Both the position numbers and the translations under genes were made by a program. From Podarcis vaucheri (lineage: Eukaryota), in the NCBI GenBank assembly GCA_965113315.1, contig OZ220371.1: a DNA stretch of 64,000 nt; one strand, written 5' to 3'. The notes under the pieces are model-generated. The model was not told where the DNA came from, ran no database searches, and was given only the letters and a program-made list of their open reading frames with translations. Positions 1 through 11,676 of the stretch are shown here, in pieces (positions within the stretch are counted from its first letter, which is position 1; each line of letters opens with the position of its first letter).

Positions 1-78
1 TGGAAGGGTAGCTTTATTTTAATTTGACATGTTTGGATATCCATTGCAAACAATTCCACAGAAGCTTCAGTTTAAATA

Positions 79-387
79 CAGTGGTGCCCCGCAAGACGAA
101 TGCCTCGCAAGACGGAAAACCCGCTAGACGAAAGGGTTTTCCGTTTTTGAGCTGCTTTGCAAGACGATTTTCCCTATGAGCTTGCTTTGCAAGACGAAAA
201 CGTCTTGCGAGTGTTCCGATTTTTCCCGCTCCCCCCCTTTTTCTAAGCCGCTAAGCCTTTAATAGCCGCTAAACCGCTAATAGCGCTAATCCGCTAAGCC
301 GTTAATAGGGTTGCTTCGCAAGACGAAAAAACCGCTAGACGAAGAGACTCGCGGAACGGATTAATTTCGTCTTGCGAGGCACCACTG
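79..387. mobile_element. Tc1/mariner-pogo (Tigger-like) MITE
   Basis: TIRs CAGTGGTGCCCCGCAAGACGAA / TTCGTCTTGCGAGGCACCACTG; TA on both sides (77-78, 388-389); internal GCAAGACG repeats; no ORF. Confidence 0.88.
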
Positions 388-2689
388 TACTGGTAGTCTG
401 CAGGAAAGATGCTGATGTCATCCAGTGAATTGCACAACTTGGCTTTCCAACTTGGCTTTCCTGGGTATGCATCCTGAGAACCCCAGCTTTTTGTAAAGAG
501 GAACAAGTTTGTAGCTCTCCCAGTTATGTAGGGAAACTTAAAGATTCTGGCTGCTTTCTGACCCCTTTCTGACCCCTTCCCATAGACCTGTTTGCTTCTT
601 GTGAAATGCTTGATGGAGACGTTAGAGGAGAAACAGTCTCATTTGTCTCTGTACATGAGTACAATAGTAACTGGAGAAACACTTCACCAGTGGCAATGTC
701 TCAGAGAATATGTGCCTAGCACATCAGATTTGATTGGTTTATAGCTCCCAAATTTTTAAATAATTTGCATCTTTCTCTTTCTATGATTTCTGAATTTCAG
801 GAAAGCAAAGTACCATGCTTTTGTTTTGGTTTTTGTTGTTGTTGTTTTTAAATCAATGAGGTTATTTTATGAGTGTCTGAAAACATCTGTAGGAAACAGC
901 ATTTGCTCGTACTGTTTTCTAGCAATAGCTGCTAAAACTGTAGAAAGGGTTGGCTTTGCACTAAACAGAAGCAACCACGTTTTTCCCCAAAATCCTTCAA
1001 CTGTAGCTGAAGGTGGGGACCTGCAAATCTTGCTCTCAATGGCTGGGTGCGAGAGATAGAGCTTAATTCTGGTTTCTTGCCTTACCCCTGATTTAAGATT
1101 CTGAGTATGCAGTGAAATCATGGCTCAGCTTGCTTAGCAAAGCTCATTCCCTGGTGGCTATGCTTGGAGAGATAATAGCAAGACCTGCTTGTTGCGTTGC
1201 TTGCTGGCAGGCAGGTGGGAGAATCTGGAATGCTGCTTTAGCCCTGGTTTGCTTGGAGCAGATGTATAAGCATGGTTAGCACAAACCAGAGTCTACAAAC
1301 CCAGTTCAAACAGTAATTTCATAACCTGTTTTTGTGTTCACACTTTAGATATTCAGGTGCAATTTATTTATTGCTCCGGAGAACTTTAGATTCTGTGCTG
1401 CACATTTCCTATAGTTGGCTCTATATAGGTTCCCATGCGCTGCTCAGCATATTTGTTACCATGTCTGAACAATTGCATTCTGCCCCATTGCTCCTAAATT
1501 TGCTGTATTAGGCCATGTTTGGAATCTCTTTAGCATCCATGTTTTTTGTTTTAAACATCAGGAGTAATTCCAAATGAATCGCTCTTCATTTTACAAGGTT
1601 CACCTTATATAACACTTCCTAAAAATGGTGGGTGAGTAACCTGATTTAAAATTTGGCTTCTCCCATCCTGGTGAATAAGCTACTAATATGAAAGGTGGAG
1701 CCAATTTTCCATGTCGCTCCTTTAGCTTATCTCAATAAATACCTTGTTGAGTGACACTCTTTTTTTTTTCCTTTTTGGATGGCTGACAAAGTGAAGATTA
1801 TCTACCCTTCTGAAGGCAACATTTACATGCTCCCCATTTGCAAACCCTTGGGCTCCCCATTTGGTTTCTTGCTTTGTAAGGGAAACCACCGAGAAAACAA
1901 AGATTAATACATTTCTGGCACTGGCTTCATTGTTAAATAATGCTCTTTTATTAGATGAGTAAAGGTTTCTGCAAGTACCTGTGTGCATGCTTGTTATGAA
2001 CAAAGGGGGATAGGAAAACAACAAGTTAATCTTCTTAAAATCCATGGCTGCAACATCTTATCTTGATGAAACAAATGTTGCTTGAACAGTGTTTGTCAAA
2101 TCTCAAACTGGATTTGAGTTTCAAACTAAGTGTTCCTATAGGCAAATTCTCACGATGTTTGAAAGGCAGGTATAAGGCTGAGTTCTTGCAAGCTGTCTAA
2201 AAATGTGTTGTGCTGGAATTTTAGTGTCCATATAAAAACATAATATAAGCTTGCTGGATCAGTCTGGCATCCTGTTCTCACACTGACCAATCAAATGCTT
2301 GTGGGAAGTAGGGTTGCCACCTTTGGTTGGGCAAAATACAGGACATAAATATAATTTTCCTAAATGGATATCATAAATACAACCAGAGAGCAAGAGTTTG
2401 AGCTGACTCACCACCACCATTGCAAGGAAGGCGTTTCCAGCGTTTTATGTGCTCCGCTGCACTCCGGACGCTGTGCTGAGTATGCTCAGTAAATTCTTTT
2501 TCTTCCAATCTTTTCTACATTTCGTTTATTATTTGTTTATTCACTACTGCTTCTAATAAACTGGTCTTGAAGGTTTCAAAAAACCTGTTCGGCCAGTGGA
2601 AGAAAAGGTATATATGTTCATCTACGGCAGCAAAGCTTCAGCCAAACAGCTCCAAACACTATAGTCCTGTAGTCTCGAGCCAGTTAACA

Positions 2690-2698
2690 TTAATAATA

Positions 2699-2752
<54 letters not shown>

Positions 2753-3000
2753 TTATTTATAGCCCGCCCATCTGGCTGAGTTTCCCCAGCCACTCTGGGC
2801 GGCTCCCAATCAAGTGTTAAAAACAGGACAGCGTTAAATATTAAAAACTTCCCCTTCAGATGTCTTTTAAAGATAGGATAGCTGCTTATTTCCTTCACAT
2901 CTGAAGGGAGGGTGTTCCACAGGGTGGGCGCCACTACTGAGAAGGCCCTCTGTCTGGTTCCCAGTAACCTCACTTCTCACAATGAGGGAACCACCAGAAT
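2690..3000 (-). mobile_element. 3' end of an L2-clade-like LINE with (TTA)n tail
   Basis: Minus-strand translation RAFSVVAPTLWNTLP...FKRHLK resembles L2-type ORF2 C-termini. The 3'UTR CCCAGAGTGGCTGGGGAAAC...GATGGGCGGG is shared with copies at 4866 and 47243, followed by a microsatellite tail. Confidence 0.75.
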
Positions 3001-3073
3001 CCTAGACTTTAACAGATGCTAAAACTGGTCAGTCTCTGTTTGGATCTAATTTTTATTTCGGTTTTATTTTAAG

Positions 3074-3238
3074 TTTGCTGTAAAAGAGATAAAAGAGCTG
3101 GAGCGCTGGAAACGGGAACTGCTGAAGGAATCACACGCCCTTATGGACTTCTTATGCGAAGATAAAGAAACCATGAAACTGGAAGAATGTTTTCAGATAT
3201 TTAGGGATTTTTGTCTTCGGTTCAGCAAAGCCGTTAAG
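3074..3238 (+). CDS. FHDC1: FHDC1 penultimate coding exon (end of FH2 domain), phase 0/0
   Basis: ttttaag| acceptor and |gtaaga donor; 165 nt translating to FAVKEIKELERWKRELLKESHALMDFLCEDKETMKLEECFQIFRDFCLRFSKAVK, recognisable as the FHDC1 FH2 C-terminus; splices in frame to 6298. Confidence 0.92.
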
Positions 3239-3458
3239 GTAAGAAGAACGTCTCTACAAAACTGAGAGCAGTATTCAGCTAAGTTGTACTTGGCTTTTTG
3301 AAATTAACAGATCTAACTTAATCATGCCGATTGACTTTAAATAATTTATTCTGAGTAAAACTTCGTTGAATATTACCTGAAATATCCACTGACTTTTATG
3401 CAACTAAACTGCATTACTGTTGGATGATTTTAATAGTGGTAATCCTTCATATGATATG

Positions 3459-3582
3459 TAAGGTTACCAGATTTTTTTTCAGTGAATCCGGGGACACTTT
3501 TCAACTTTAGTGGATTTTGTATGGCGACTGATTTGTAAATCCAGGGACTGTCCCTGGGAAATGGGGACGTCTGGTAACTTTA
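3459..3582. mobile_element. hAT (Blackjack-like) MITE
   Basis: TIRs TAAGGTTACCAGA / TCTGGTAACTTTA; internal GGGAC motifs; degenerate 8-bp flanks atgatatg/atataatg. Confidence 0.6.
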
Positions 3583-4865
3583 ATATAATGGAACAAAGTT
3601 GTGTGTGTTGTAGGACACCTGTTGCAACAATGGCTTCTTCCAACCTCAAACCAACATTTTGTTACAGAAAAGATTTTATTAAGCTATAGCTGTTTAAATT
3701 TCATTGTTTGCTGGGCACAGTTTAGGATTATTTTAATTTACTTACTTATTAAATTTGTATAGTGCCTTAGATCTCAGCAAGCAAATCCCCACAATGCTTT
3801 TTCTTGGTTTGTATTAATGGGTGAGGGGAAAGGGGCATTATCAGGTCCATTGTCTTGTGTAGTCCATTGTCTTGTAGCCCAGTTTTTTGGGGTGGGAGCA
3901 AAGACACCACCAGCCATTGTCTAGAGATAAAACTGCAGGTGGCCACACGATTGGCCTCTGTGCCCGAGGCATGCAAACACTGCAATCTTTCTGGTGCTTT
4001 TTTAAAATGACAATAGGCAAAGTGCCTGGAGTCATATATGTATACTGAAGAGCATTTGGCTCCTTTTGATCCAAAAGGTCATGCATCTGTGGCCTTGAAC
4101 AGCAGTGTAAGCAGGTGCACTCTGTGTACGTTTTCTAGTATGCAGCAGGTGTTGCTTCTCAGAATAAAAATGTTGCTAACTGGATGAAGAGAGTGGTGTG
4201 TGCCATTTTATGTTTCAGCTCTGGGGCATCCATTAGAGAGAGAAGTGTTAAATGGAGGGGGTATCCATTAGAGTTTGGGACATCTGGCAGTAGGAAACCT
4301 GGGTTGCAATTCCTACTCCTCCATGGTCCTTCTTGTATGCCTTTGGTAAGCCTCTGGGTGGAATTGAATGCTAGTCTTTCGCAGAATACACCCATTGAAA
4401 TGAATGAAGCCAGGTTAATCATGATTGTACAATTCTATGTTTATTAACTTCGGTTGGTCTACTCTGAGTCGGACCAGCATTGAACACCTCCCATTGGGCA
4501 GGAGTCACCTAACAAACCCCATCAGCAGAATCTGTGGTGGACTTTGGGCTTTAAGATTTCAGCAGCATCCTGTGTGACACCAAAATTTGGTGCCCCCCAC
4601 CTCTTGCCTTCCATTGTCCATTGTTGTTGTGGCACCCTCTCATCTTGACACCCACTGCAGGCAGACTGCTCACACTCCCCTAAATCCATCTGTGGCAGAA
4701 GTCCCAGGCTGCAACAGTATTGCAACCGATCCAAGGATGCTCAGGAGGCTAAACCCAAACCTAACCATTATTCCTTGATTTATAGATTTGCATAGAAAAC
4801 AGGGGAAATCCTTTATCTGTTGGGTCAATTTGCACATATGTTGTGTGAGGAAAACATATTTGGCT

Positions 4866-4919
4866 GTAAGCTACCCAGAGTGGCTGGGGAAACCCAGCCA
4901 GATGGGTGGGGTTTAAATA

Positions 4920-4964
<45 letters not shown>

Positions 4965-4970
4965 AAGTAG
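4866..4970 (+). mobile_element. Short 3' end of the same L2-like LINE, with (GTA)n tail
   Basis: CCCAGAGTGGCTGGGGAAACCCAGCCAGATGGG..AAATAAA followed by (GTA)n. Confidence 0.7.
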
Positions 4971-6297
4971 TTATATTTGGTACTGAAGAACTGACCTGGA
5001 TTCCTGCTTAGCCAGTCTCTGTCTTCAGAATTTTCATCAGGCAATGCCCACATGCTTTCAAACCTATTGTCACATGGCCTAGAAACCTTATACTGAATTT
5101 GACTTTCCTCACCAAATTCAACCCTTGCTCAGAAATTGAATTTAACCATAGTGGGGTGTCAGGCAGTGAGGTGGTTGCTCACGAGTAACCAGGCAGGTTT
5201 CTGACCTATCTTTAGCAGGTTTTTATTTGTGCAAACTATTTACAGTGCAGGACCAGAAAGTTCATGTCCGTCTCAATCACTTGCAGATTCCGGGAGTGGC
5301 CCCTTCCGGTCCCCCCCCCCAGCATAAGAACTTAGACACCCCAAATCTCCGCCTTCCCTCCTTGTGTTTCACCCCTCTGCATACTGGGCGACGGAAATGG
5401 CGTGCCTGTTTCCTGGCCGGCCGGGCTAGGTGAGGCGCTTGGGCTCTCAGTAGCATCTTTGAGCCCTCACCTCGCTCAGCTTTCCCATTCCCCCTCTGCT
5501 CCACTGGAGGTGTGGCTTTCGCCACTGTTGAATGAGGAGCTGCTCCTCAGAAGCGTGGGCAGCTCTCTGTATGCCCATGCCTACAAGGAGCTGCATGCCT
5601 TGTCTAAAAAGATGCACAGTCTGACCAGGTATAAGACAGCTTCACATGCTCCACTTGTAAGTGTTCCAAAACCACAAAATGTTTAGTTTGCTTTAGTGCT
5701 TTTAGGTTGCATACATTCATGTATGAGCAAAGGTTTAGAGTTTCCTGTTCAAGAAAGAGCAAGAAACATCATGTCATAGGCACCTTTGCCCTTTAAATAA
5801 ACAGCAACTTCTTATTTGAGAGAACACTTTGAGAGTAGAAGTAATAAATATCTAAGAATTTATCCTTCTGTACTCAATATACTCTGTTTGTGAAAGTTTA
5901 ACCTGACCAAGAATTTTATTACATTTACCTGGCTGACCTGCATTATGGTTTTCTTGTTTTGTTTTTTAATTGGCGGCTTCCTTAAGCAGTACCATTTAAC
6001 TAGGGTTCAGAACAATATTCAAATTAAGTTGAATTGCAAAGAAAGCTGCAGGATAATGAACCTGAGCATGAAAAGCAAGTATGTCATAACATCTTCACCA
6101 GCCATGCCTAAATAGATGCTTTTGGGGGAGGGAGAGTTTTCCTGCTTTAACCGGTACCTAAGTAGAAAATTGTTGTCATAGTAATTTGTACTCAAGAACC
6201 AAACTCAAATGACAGGGAAGAACATGAAAAAATGTAAAAATGTTAAATTAAAAAATTTTGAATTTATTTTCCCCTCTCCTTCTCTCTTTCTAAACAG

Positions 6298-8322
6298 GAA
6301 AACAAGGAAAGAGAGGCACAAGAACTTCAGCAGCAACAGCGATTAAAGGAGTTGGAGCTAAAACGCCGATCCTGGGTTGCCGGGGATCTTGGAGCTTTTG
6401 GCAGGAGCAGCAGTGAAAATGATGTTGGGATGTTGACAAAGAGAGGACTTGAAGAATTTCTGCCCTTCTTGCAGCAGAGACCGCAAAGTCCTTCTTACAG
6501 AAATGTCAGCACCAGGCGTTCCCGGCATTCCCTGGGAGTCACTGCAGACAGAGAGCTGTTGAGTTTCCTGGAGACCTCAAAGGGTGAGGATCCAAACAAG
6601 TCCAACAGCCTTCCTCGTGAGCATGCAGGTCAAGCAAGACCCAGCGTGGCCTGGACTGAATCTAGAGAGCCTGGAGATCTTGGTTTAACCAACTTGCACT
6701 TGCACCAGGCACCAGAAGAAGGCGTGGAGTGCAGCTACTTCCAGTTGCCCCCATCTCATTCTGATCACATGGTAAGCCTTGAGGACGATAGCACTGCCCA
6801 TGCTAATCTCTACAGCGACCAAGAGAGTGCTGACAATGACAAGTATAGATTCGATGTGCCTTGTACGAAAGCCACAGATGCAGCCCCCTGGGACTTGTCC
6901 CTTGAAGAAGATGAACATGTTCCAGGGCTGCTGAAGCTTGACCCCCATGAACCAGATGATGTGGAGGACCTATCTGCAGTACATTTTGAGGCTGATGTGA
7001 GAGGTTTGGAGACTCTGGGTGACTCAAGCTTATACACTCCTGGCATAGTAGCTCCTCCTGTACCAGCCTTCAGAAAATCAAAAGCTGACCATGCAGCCAA
7101 AGTAGCAGGTCATGCCCCTGAAGGTCTGGAACCAGGCAGTGACAGCCCCACATCCTCAGATGGTAGTGTTTCAGGAAATAAGGCACATGGACCAATGTTC
7201 TATGTATCTGAGACTTCTGACTGTTCTTTGATGTTTGATCTGCCAGAAGGAAATGATCCAAGGCTCGGGGGCAACAACAAAGTGAACAGCAAAGACGGTG
7301 CTATTGCCCCTTTTAGGAATGATCTTCAGGCTGGTGGTGATGCTGTTTTGGGCCTGAACTCGCTTTCTGCTGATAAGGATGACTCCAGCATCAAGTCAGG
7401 TCTCCCAAAGGAAAAACCTGTGAGAAGCAAAGATGCCGTGGGGCCAAAGAGGAATTCTCTGAAAGATAAATCTTCAAGTGCTGCAAAACCCGGCAGTGGT
7501 CCACTCAACCCCCCCAGACCGTCAGTCAGAACGCTGAATTCTTCGGAGAACGCGAGCATGAGAAAAGTAGTGCCCATTTCCAGATCAACTAAAGCAGCAC
7601 CCCCGAGCTGTACCAAAAAGCCAGATCCTAAGCCTGCGCCCCGAGACACCGGTGCACCTGAAGCACGACTCACGCGTCGCAACTCCATCCGGGGCAACTC
7701 CGCAGAGGCAGCGCCAAAACCTCAGTACAGGCAGAGCACATCTGTAGAGGAGCCGAAATTCCAGAGGGGGACGGCAGCTTCAAGTAGCGGCCATTTTGAG
7801 AGGGAGCCACTCCAGCACAAGGGCTCCTTCAAAAAGCCAAGCTCCAAACCAGTCAGGTATGTCCCCAAGTCGAAGAATGATGAAACCAAGATGTGCCGCT
7901 CTTTGACCAAACCCCCATCCCCTACAGAAGCCAGCAAAAGCACAACGGCCCCTGTCCCCAAGACACCAGCTCCAGTTCCGAGCTTTGCAAGGAATACAGT
8001 GGCCTCTTCCTCAAAATGCGCCAAGGTGGATTTGCCAGTCCCTTCCAAAGCTCCGGCCCTCACAAGGTCTCTGTCTCAGAGGCTTCCTAGGATGAAGATG
8101 ACAACAGCCTCTGACGATTCTTATCCAAGGGAAAGTGGTGGAGGCACGCTCAAGCGAGCCAACAGTGCTCGGTTTATCAAAAGGAACACTGACAATGGTG
8201 ACCTTCTAAGTGTTAAAGCGGAGCCCGTGCTAAAGGAACAAATGATAATGGAAAGGTCAACATCCCTCAAATGTAAAGATGGAAATCAGACTACAATAGG
8301 GAAACTGCTGAATCACTTTTGA
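6298..8322 (+). CDS. FHDC1: FHDC1 (FH2 domain-containing 1 / INF1) terminal coding exon, 674 aa plus stop
   Basis: Polypyrimidine tract plus taaacag| acceptor. The frame reads ENKEREAQELQQQQRLKE...RRSW..GDLGAFGRSSSENDV...RRSRHSLG..ADRELLSFLE. The basic S/P/K-rich C-terminus contains PSFARNTVASSS (the microtubule-binding region of FHDC1). TGA ends at 8322. Confidence 0.93.
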   Translation, partial: ENKEREAQELQQQQRLKELELKRRSWVAGDLGAFGRSSSENDVGMLTKRGLEEFLPFLQQRPQSPSYRNVSTRRSRHSLGVTADRELLSFLETSKGEDPNKSNSLPREHAGQARPSVAWTESREPGDLGLTNLHLHQAPEEGVECSYFQLPPSHSDHMVSLEDDSTAHANLYSDQESADNDKYRFDVPCTKATDAAPWDLSLEEDEHVPGLLKLDPHEPDDVEDLSAVHFEADVRGLETLGDSSLYTPGIVAPPVPAFRKSKADHAAKVAGHAPEGLEPGSDSPTSSDGSVSGNKAHGPMFYVSETSDCSLMFDLPEGNDPRLGGNNKVNSKDGAIAPFRNDLQAGGDAVLGLNSLSADKDDSSIKSGLPKEKPVRSKDAVGPKRNSLKDKSSSAAKPGSGPLNPPRPSVRTLNSSENASMRKVVPISRSTKAAPPSCTKKPDPKPAPRDTGAPEARLTRRNSIRGNSAEAAPKPQYRQSTSVEEPKFQRGTAASSSGHFEREPLQHKGSFKKPSSKPVRYVPKSKNDETKMCRSLTKPPSPTEASKSTTAPVPKTPAPVPSFARNTVASSSKCAKVDLPVPSKAPALTRSLSQRLPRMKMTTASDDSYPRESGGGTLKRANSARFIKRNTDNGDLLSVKAEPVLKEQMIMERSTSLKCKDGNQTTIGKLLNHF

Positions 8323-10615
8323 AAATAAAGGGTGTGTGTAGTGTTTGGCAATACAGAATGTGAAAACCAGCTCTTTTAAACACTGCATTTTCCTGCTGTG
8401 TGAAATAACCCCAAATGTTAACGTATTAATAATACCAAATGCAAACTAAAGGTACATTGTGTGGATCCTGCTGTATGTCTGAACTGAATGTATTGACCAT
8501 TACTGTGATGGAATTGCTGTAACAAAGTTCCTTTGCTTTTGGGAGATAGTACCTCTACATGAATTTTACACGCTAAAGGAATGCATCTGTTTAATGAAAA
8601 GGAAAGGAAAACAGAGCTAGGGATTATGGCCAGTTGTATGAACACTGCTTTTCTGAAAATGCCGTCCTGAATTCTTTTTGGGGGAAGTATGGAAAGCAGA
8701 TGTGGATCGCTTTAATTCATTGGGTCCAAGAAAAAAAAAGTGTCTGTTGCTGGGTCCATTGCTGGCAATTGGACACAAAGAACCTCTGGCCTATAATAGG
8801 ATCAAACAGGATATTGCTGTGTTGCGGTGGGGAGGGATGTTGGTTGTAATATCATCTGAGGGATTTGCAGCATGTCTTAAATTGTATGTGTGTCTGTAGG
8901 AAGGAGGGGAAACTCTGCTGGGCAGAAGGTTTATTCTCCAAGAGTGTGACAAAACTGCCTTGCATGTACAAATAGAATAGCCAATGGAATGACTGGTGCT
9001 GGAATTAGTAGGATTAGCCTGAAGGTTGTGACTTTCAGAAACCACAAGTAGTAGCTGGGGGGAAATGACTACAGGTGACTTGCCTTTGTGTCAGTTAACA
9101 TGCAAACTTGCCAGCTTTTGGTATATACAAAAGTGCCATATTTATATTACACATCACAGATACTACGAGGGCTACAACCTCTAGCAGAGCACTTTTCCTG
9201 CCAATTCTCATTTCCATTCGTTTTTAACTACTGTCAGGTGACTTTAAAATGCTGCTATGGCTCTTATGGGGAAGAGCCTTTGATTTCCCTGCTGCCTATT
9301 TTCTTTTATCAAAATGACCAGCTGGCCCAAAACATGCAAGTTCCTTCTTTGCGTGACAAAAAGCTCCCCCCCCCCAATTTTTGGTAAATTAAGCTTATTT
9401 TGCTCCTGGTGCAGATTTTAACACTACTTTTTAAACTTCACTTTTTTGATAAGCTTTGTTTTTATATATAAAAAAGACTCTAGTTCACTGCAAAAAAAAT
9501 GACATCAGGTCAGACTAAGATACAGAGAATGAGGAAAAACTTGTCACTATGAGTTCTGCCTTCCCTTTGGTCCCTTTCCAGATACATATATGTAGGTGGG
9601 GAAACTGGCTGTTGCTGCTCAGCCTATGTACTTAAATAGTTGCTATCCAAGTCATCTATGAAAACCCTTTTTATTAAAAATACCCATGCAATGGAAATAG
9701 TTGGACAGATGACTTTGAGCTGGTCGTCCCTCCCCATTAACACTTCCCACTTTTTCTTCCTTCCTTCACCTAATACTAAGTGTAACCAGTCACAACAAGA
9801 CACTTGCACTGATGTGACAATTGAATCTTGAGAGTTGAGTCCCTCCATTGATGGGAAAATCTTTGATCTAGCAGATGCTTCTACTAGCAGAAGTAAGACA
9901 ATTCTCCCTTCCTTCTGCAGCCCCCTGTCCGACTCCCATCTGCTCAAGGGAGTGGAGGAACTTCAGGAGTGATGTGGTAGATGTCTGCAGGAGAAAGGAG
10001 AGATTTGCTAAAATAAACTCCCTCAATTTCAGTTCATGGAGCCTCCATTGGCTCAGACTCTTTTGTCAGCAGAGAGGCACCATGCTGAACTTGACTCAAC
10101 CAACCAATTCTACTATTTCAGTTCATGGCCTTACATTTTTATTTCTTTGTCCCATTATAGAAATAGTTTTCAGGAACTCCTCAGAAAGTATGCCAGAATG
10201 TCACCAAGTGTGCTATTGGGCCCTCTCAGACAAGACACCATCTCAGTGTGATAGTTGACTTGGGCTCCCTCTTTATAGTAAAGGTGCTTGGAAGGAATCC
10301 TTGTTGTTGGTTTTATAAGCTTCTTGGGTACTCCTCCCTCCATGGTTTGAATGCAGTAATCTGTCCATTTGGCGCTACCTGTATCTTTTTGTGTGCTCAT
10401 CTGCAAAAGCAGGTGTTGGATTTTTTTTATTACCTTTTGATGGTAGTAAGCTTGAAAAGAGAAAATAATTTAAATGTTACATGTTCGGAAACTGTAAGTA
10501 AATTTCTATATAAGAAGTATCTGTAAAAATGAACTGGATGTATTTAATGGACCATTTATACATTTCTGAGTTTATCTTGCTAGTTTAATAAAGTTCCCAT
10601 TTATGGGGGTTTGTG
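8323..10615 (+). other. FHDC1: FHDC1 3'UTR (inferred)
   Basis: Repeat-poor sequence after the stop, ending in an AU-rich block with AATAAA followed by a GT-rich element. Confidence 0.6.
10587..10592 (+). terminator. Probable FHDC1 polyadenylation signal AATAAA
   Basis: Upstream TGTA/AT-rich sequence; downstream GT-rich ttatgggggtttgtgctatatgtttcc. Confidence 0.6.
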
Positions 10616-11547
10616 CTATATGTTTCCATTATTCCATTGTAATTTTGATTAATGTTTGAGGCTCACATTGGAGCAGATCATGCTTAATTTGGTGTCCCTG
10701 AAAGGAAATGAATCCATTTTGAATAAGGTCTCAAATGATGGGTTGAGAACATGTTTCTTTTCAATGGTTAAGCCTTTCTGAAACTAAATGAGGCGTGCTG
10801 GAAATGGATCTTGAATGCCTATCACCCTCATCCTAGGAACATAGAAGGAACCCTGTTGCTTTAGATCCTAGTCCATGCCTCAGCCAACCAGCTGCATATA
10901 GGAGGCCCACAAACTCAACATGAGGGCATTAGTCCTCCCATGTTGTTGCTCCCCAGCAACAGGTATTCAGAGTCCTGAAGCCTCTGGTCCTAGAAGTAGC
11001 ATATAGATATCATGAGTTCTGGCAAAGGCTTATGGGAGTTGTAGGCTATAATCTGGGGGACACCAGATTGGGGAATGCTGCTTTAGAATACAAAGATCTA
11101 AGATCAGATAGCAACTGTGGTCAAATGAGGCCTTTTTGAATGTGAATGCAGATCCTTTGACTCTTTCAGTGCACACACTTCTAATAAGATATATTCTTTA
11201 ATACGTGTCCTTGTTTTGCTGTCAAGGATTGGCAGTGGAGGGTAGAAAAAATGGGTCTGTTTGTGTTGTAGCAGCCTAGTAAGATTCAAGGTCAGAGTGG
11301 AGAGGTGTGATTTTTGCACACACACCCTGGGCCTGAGCCCTTGATGGGTGCCAACCTAGCTAACACCCAGGTATACCCCAAAGCTCTCCATTTGTTGGGG
11401 GCAGCACTTAGACCCCGAGGATCAGGGAATGTGTCTCTTATTTCCACCTTCCCAAATGGGGAAAGAATGTTTGAATGAGGTTAACAAAACAGTCAATGGA
11501 GCCACAAAAACTCTTCTTTTTTTAAGAGTGTAGCCTTTGGCTGTTTA

Positions 11548-11676
11548 TTTCCACAGCATAAAGCACATGGCTTCCTCCAAAGAATCATGTGAACTGCAGT
11601 TTGTTAAGGGTGCTGGGAACTGCAGTTCTACAGAATTCTTTGGGGGAAGCCATATGCTTTAAATGTATGGTGTGCA
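11548..11676. mobile_element. Palindromic MITE-like element; a related partial copy lies at ~35898-36030
   Basis: AAAGCACATGGCTTCCTCCAAAGAAT ... ATTCTTTGGGGGAAGCCATATGCTTT inverted arms. Confidence 0.55.

Noticed and set aside
79-387. Short interspersed direct repeats resembling a CRISPR-like array
   Set aside because: They are irregularly spaced sub-terminal repeats within a TIR/TA-bounded MITE in eukaryotic DNA.
6352-6354. ORF-track start of the 656-aa ORF as a standalone gene
   Set aside because: It is a TTG inside a spliced terminal exon. The exon begins at the acceptor at 6298 and continues the frame of exon 3074-3238.
6685-8090. Antisense and alternate-frame ORFs overlapping the FHDC1 exon
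   Set aside because: These are shadow ORFs of a GC-richer coding exon with no recognisable motifs.
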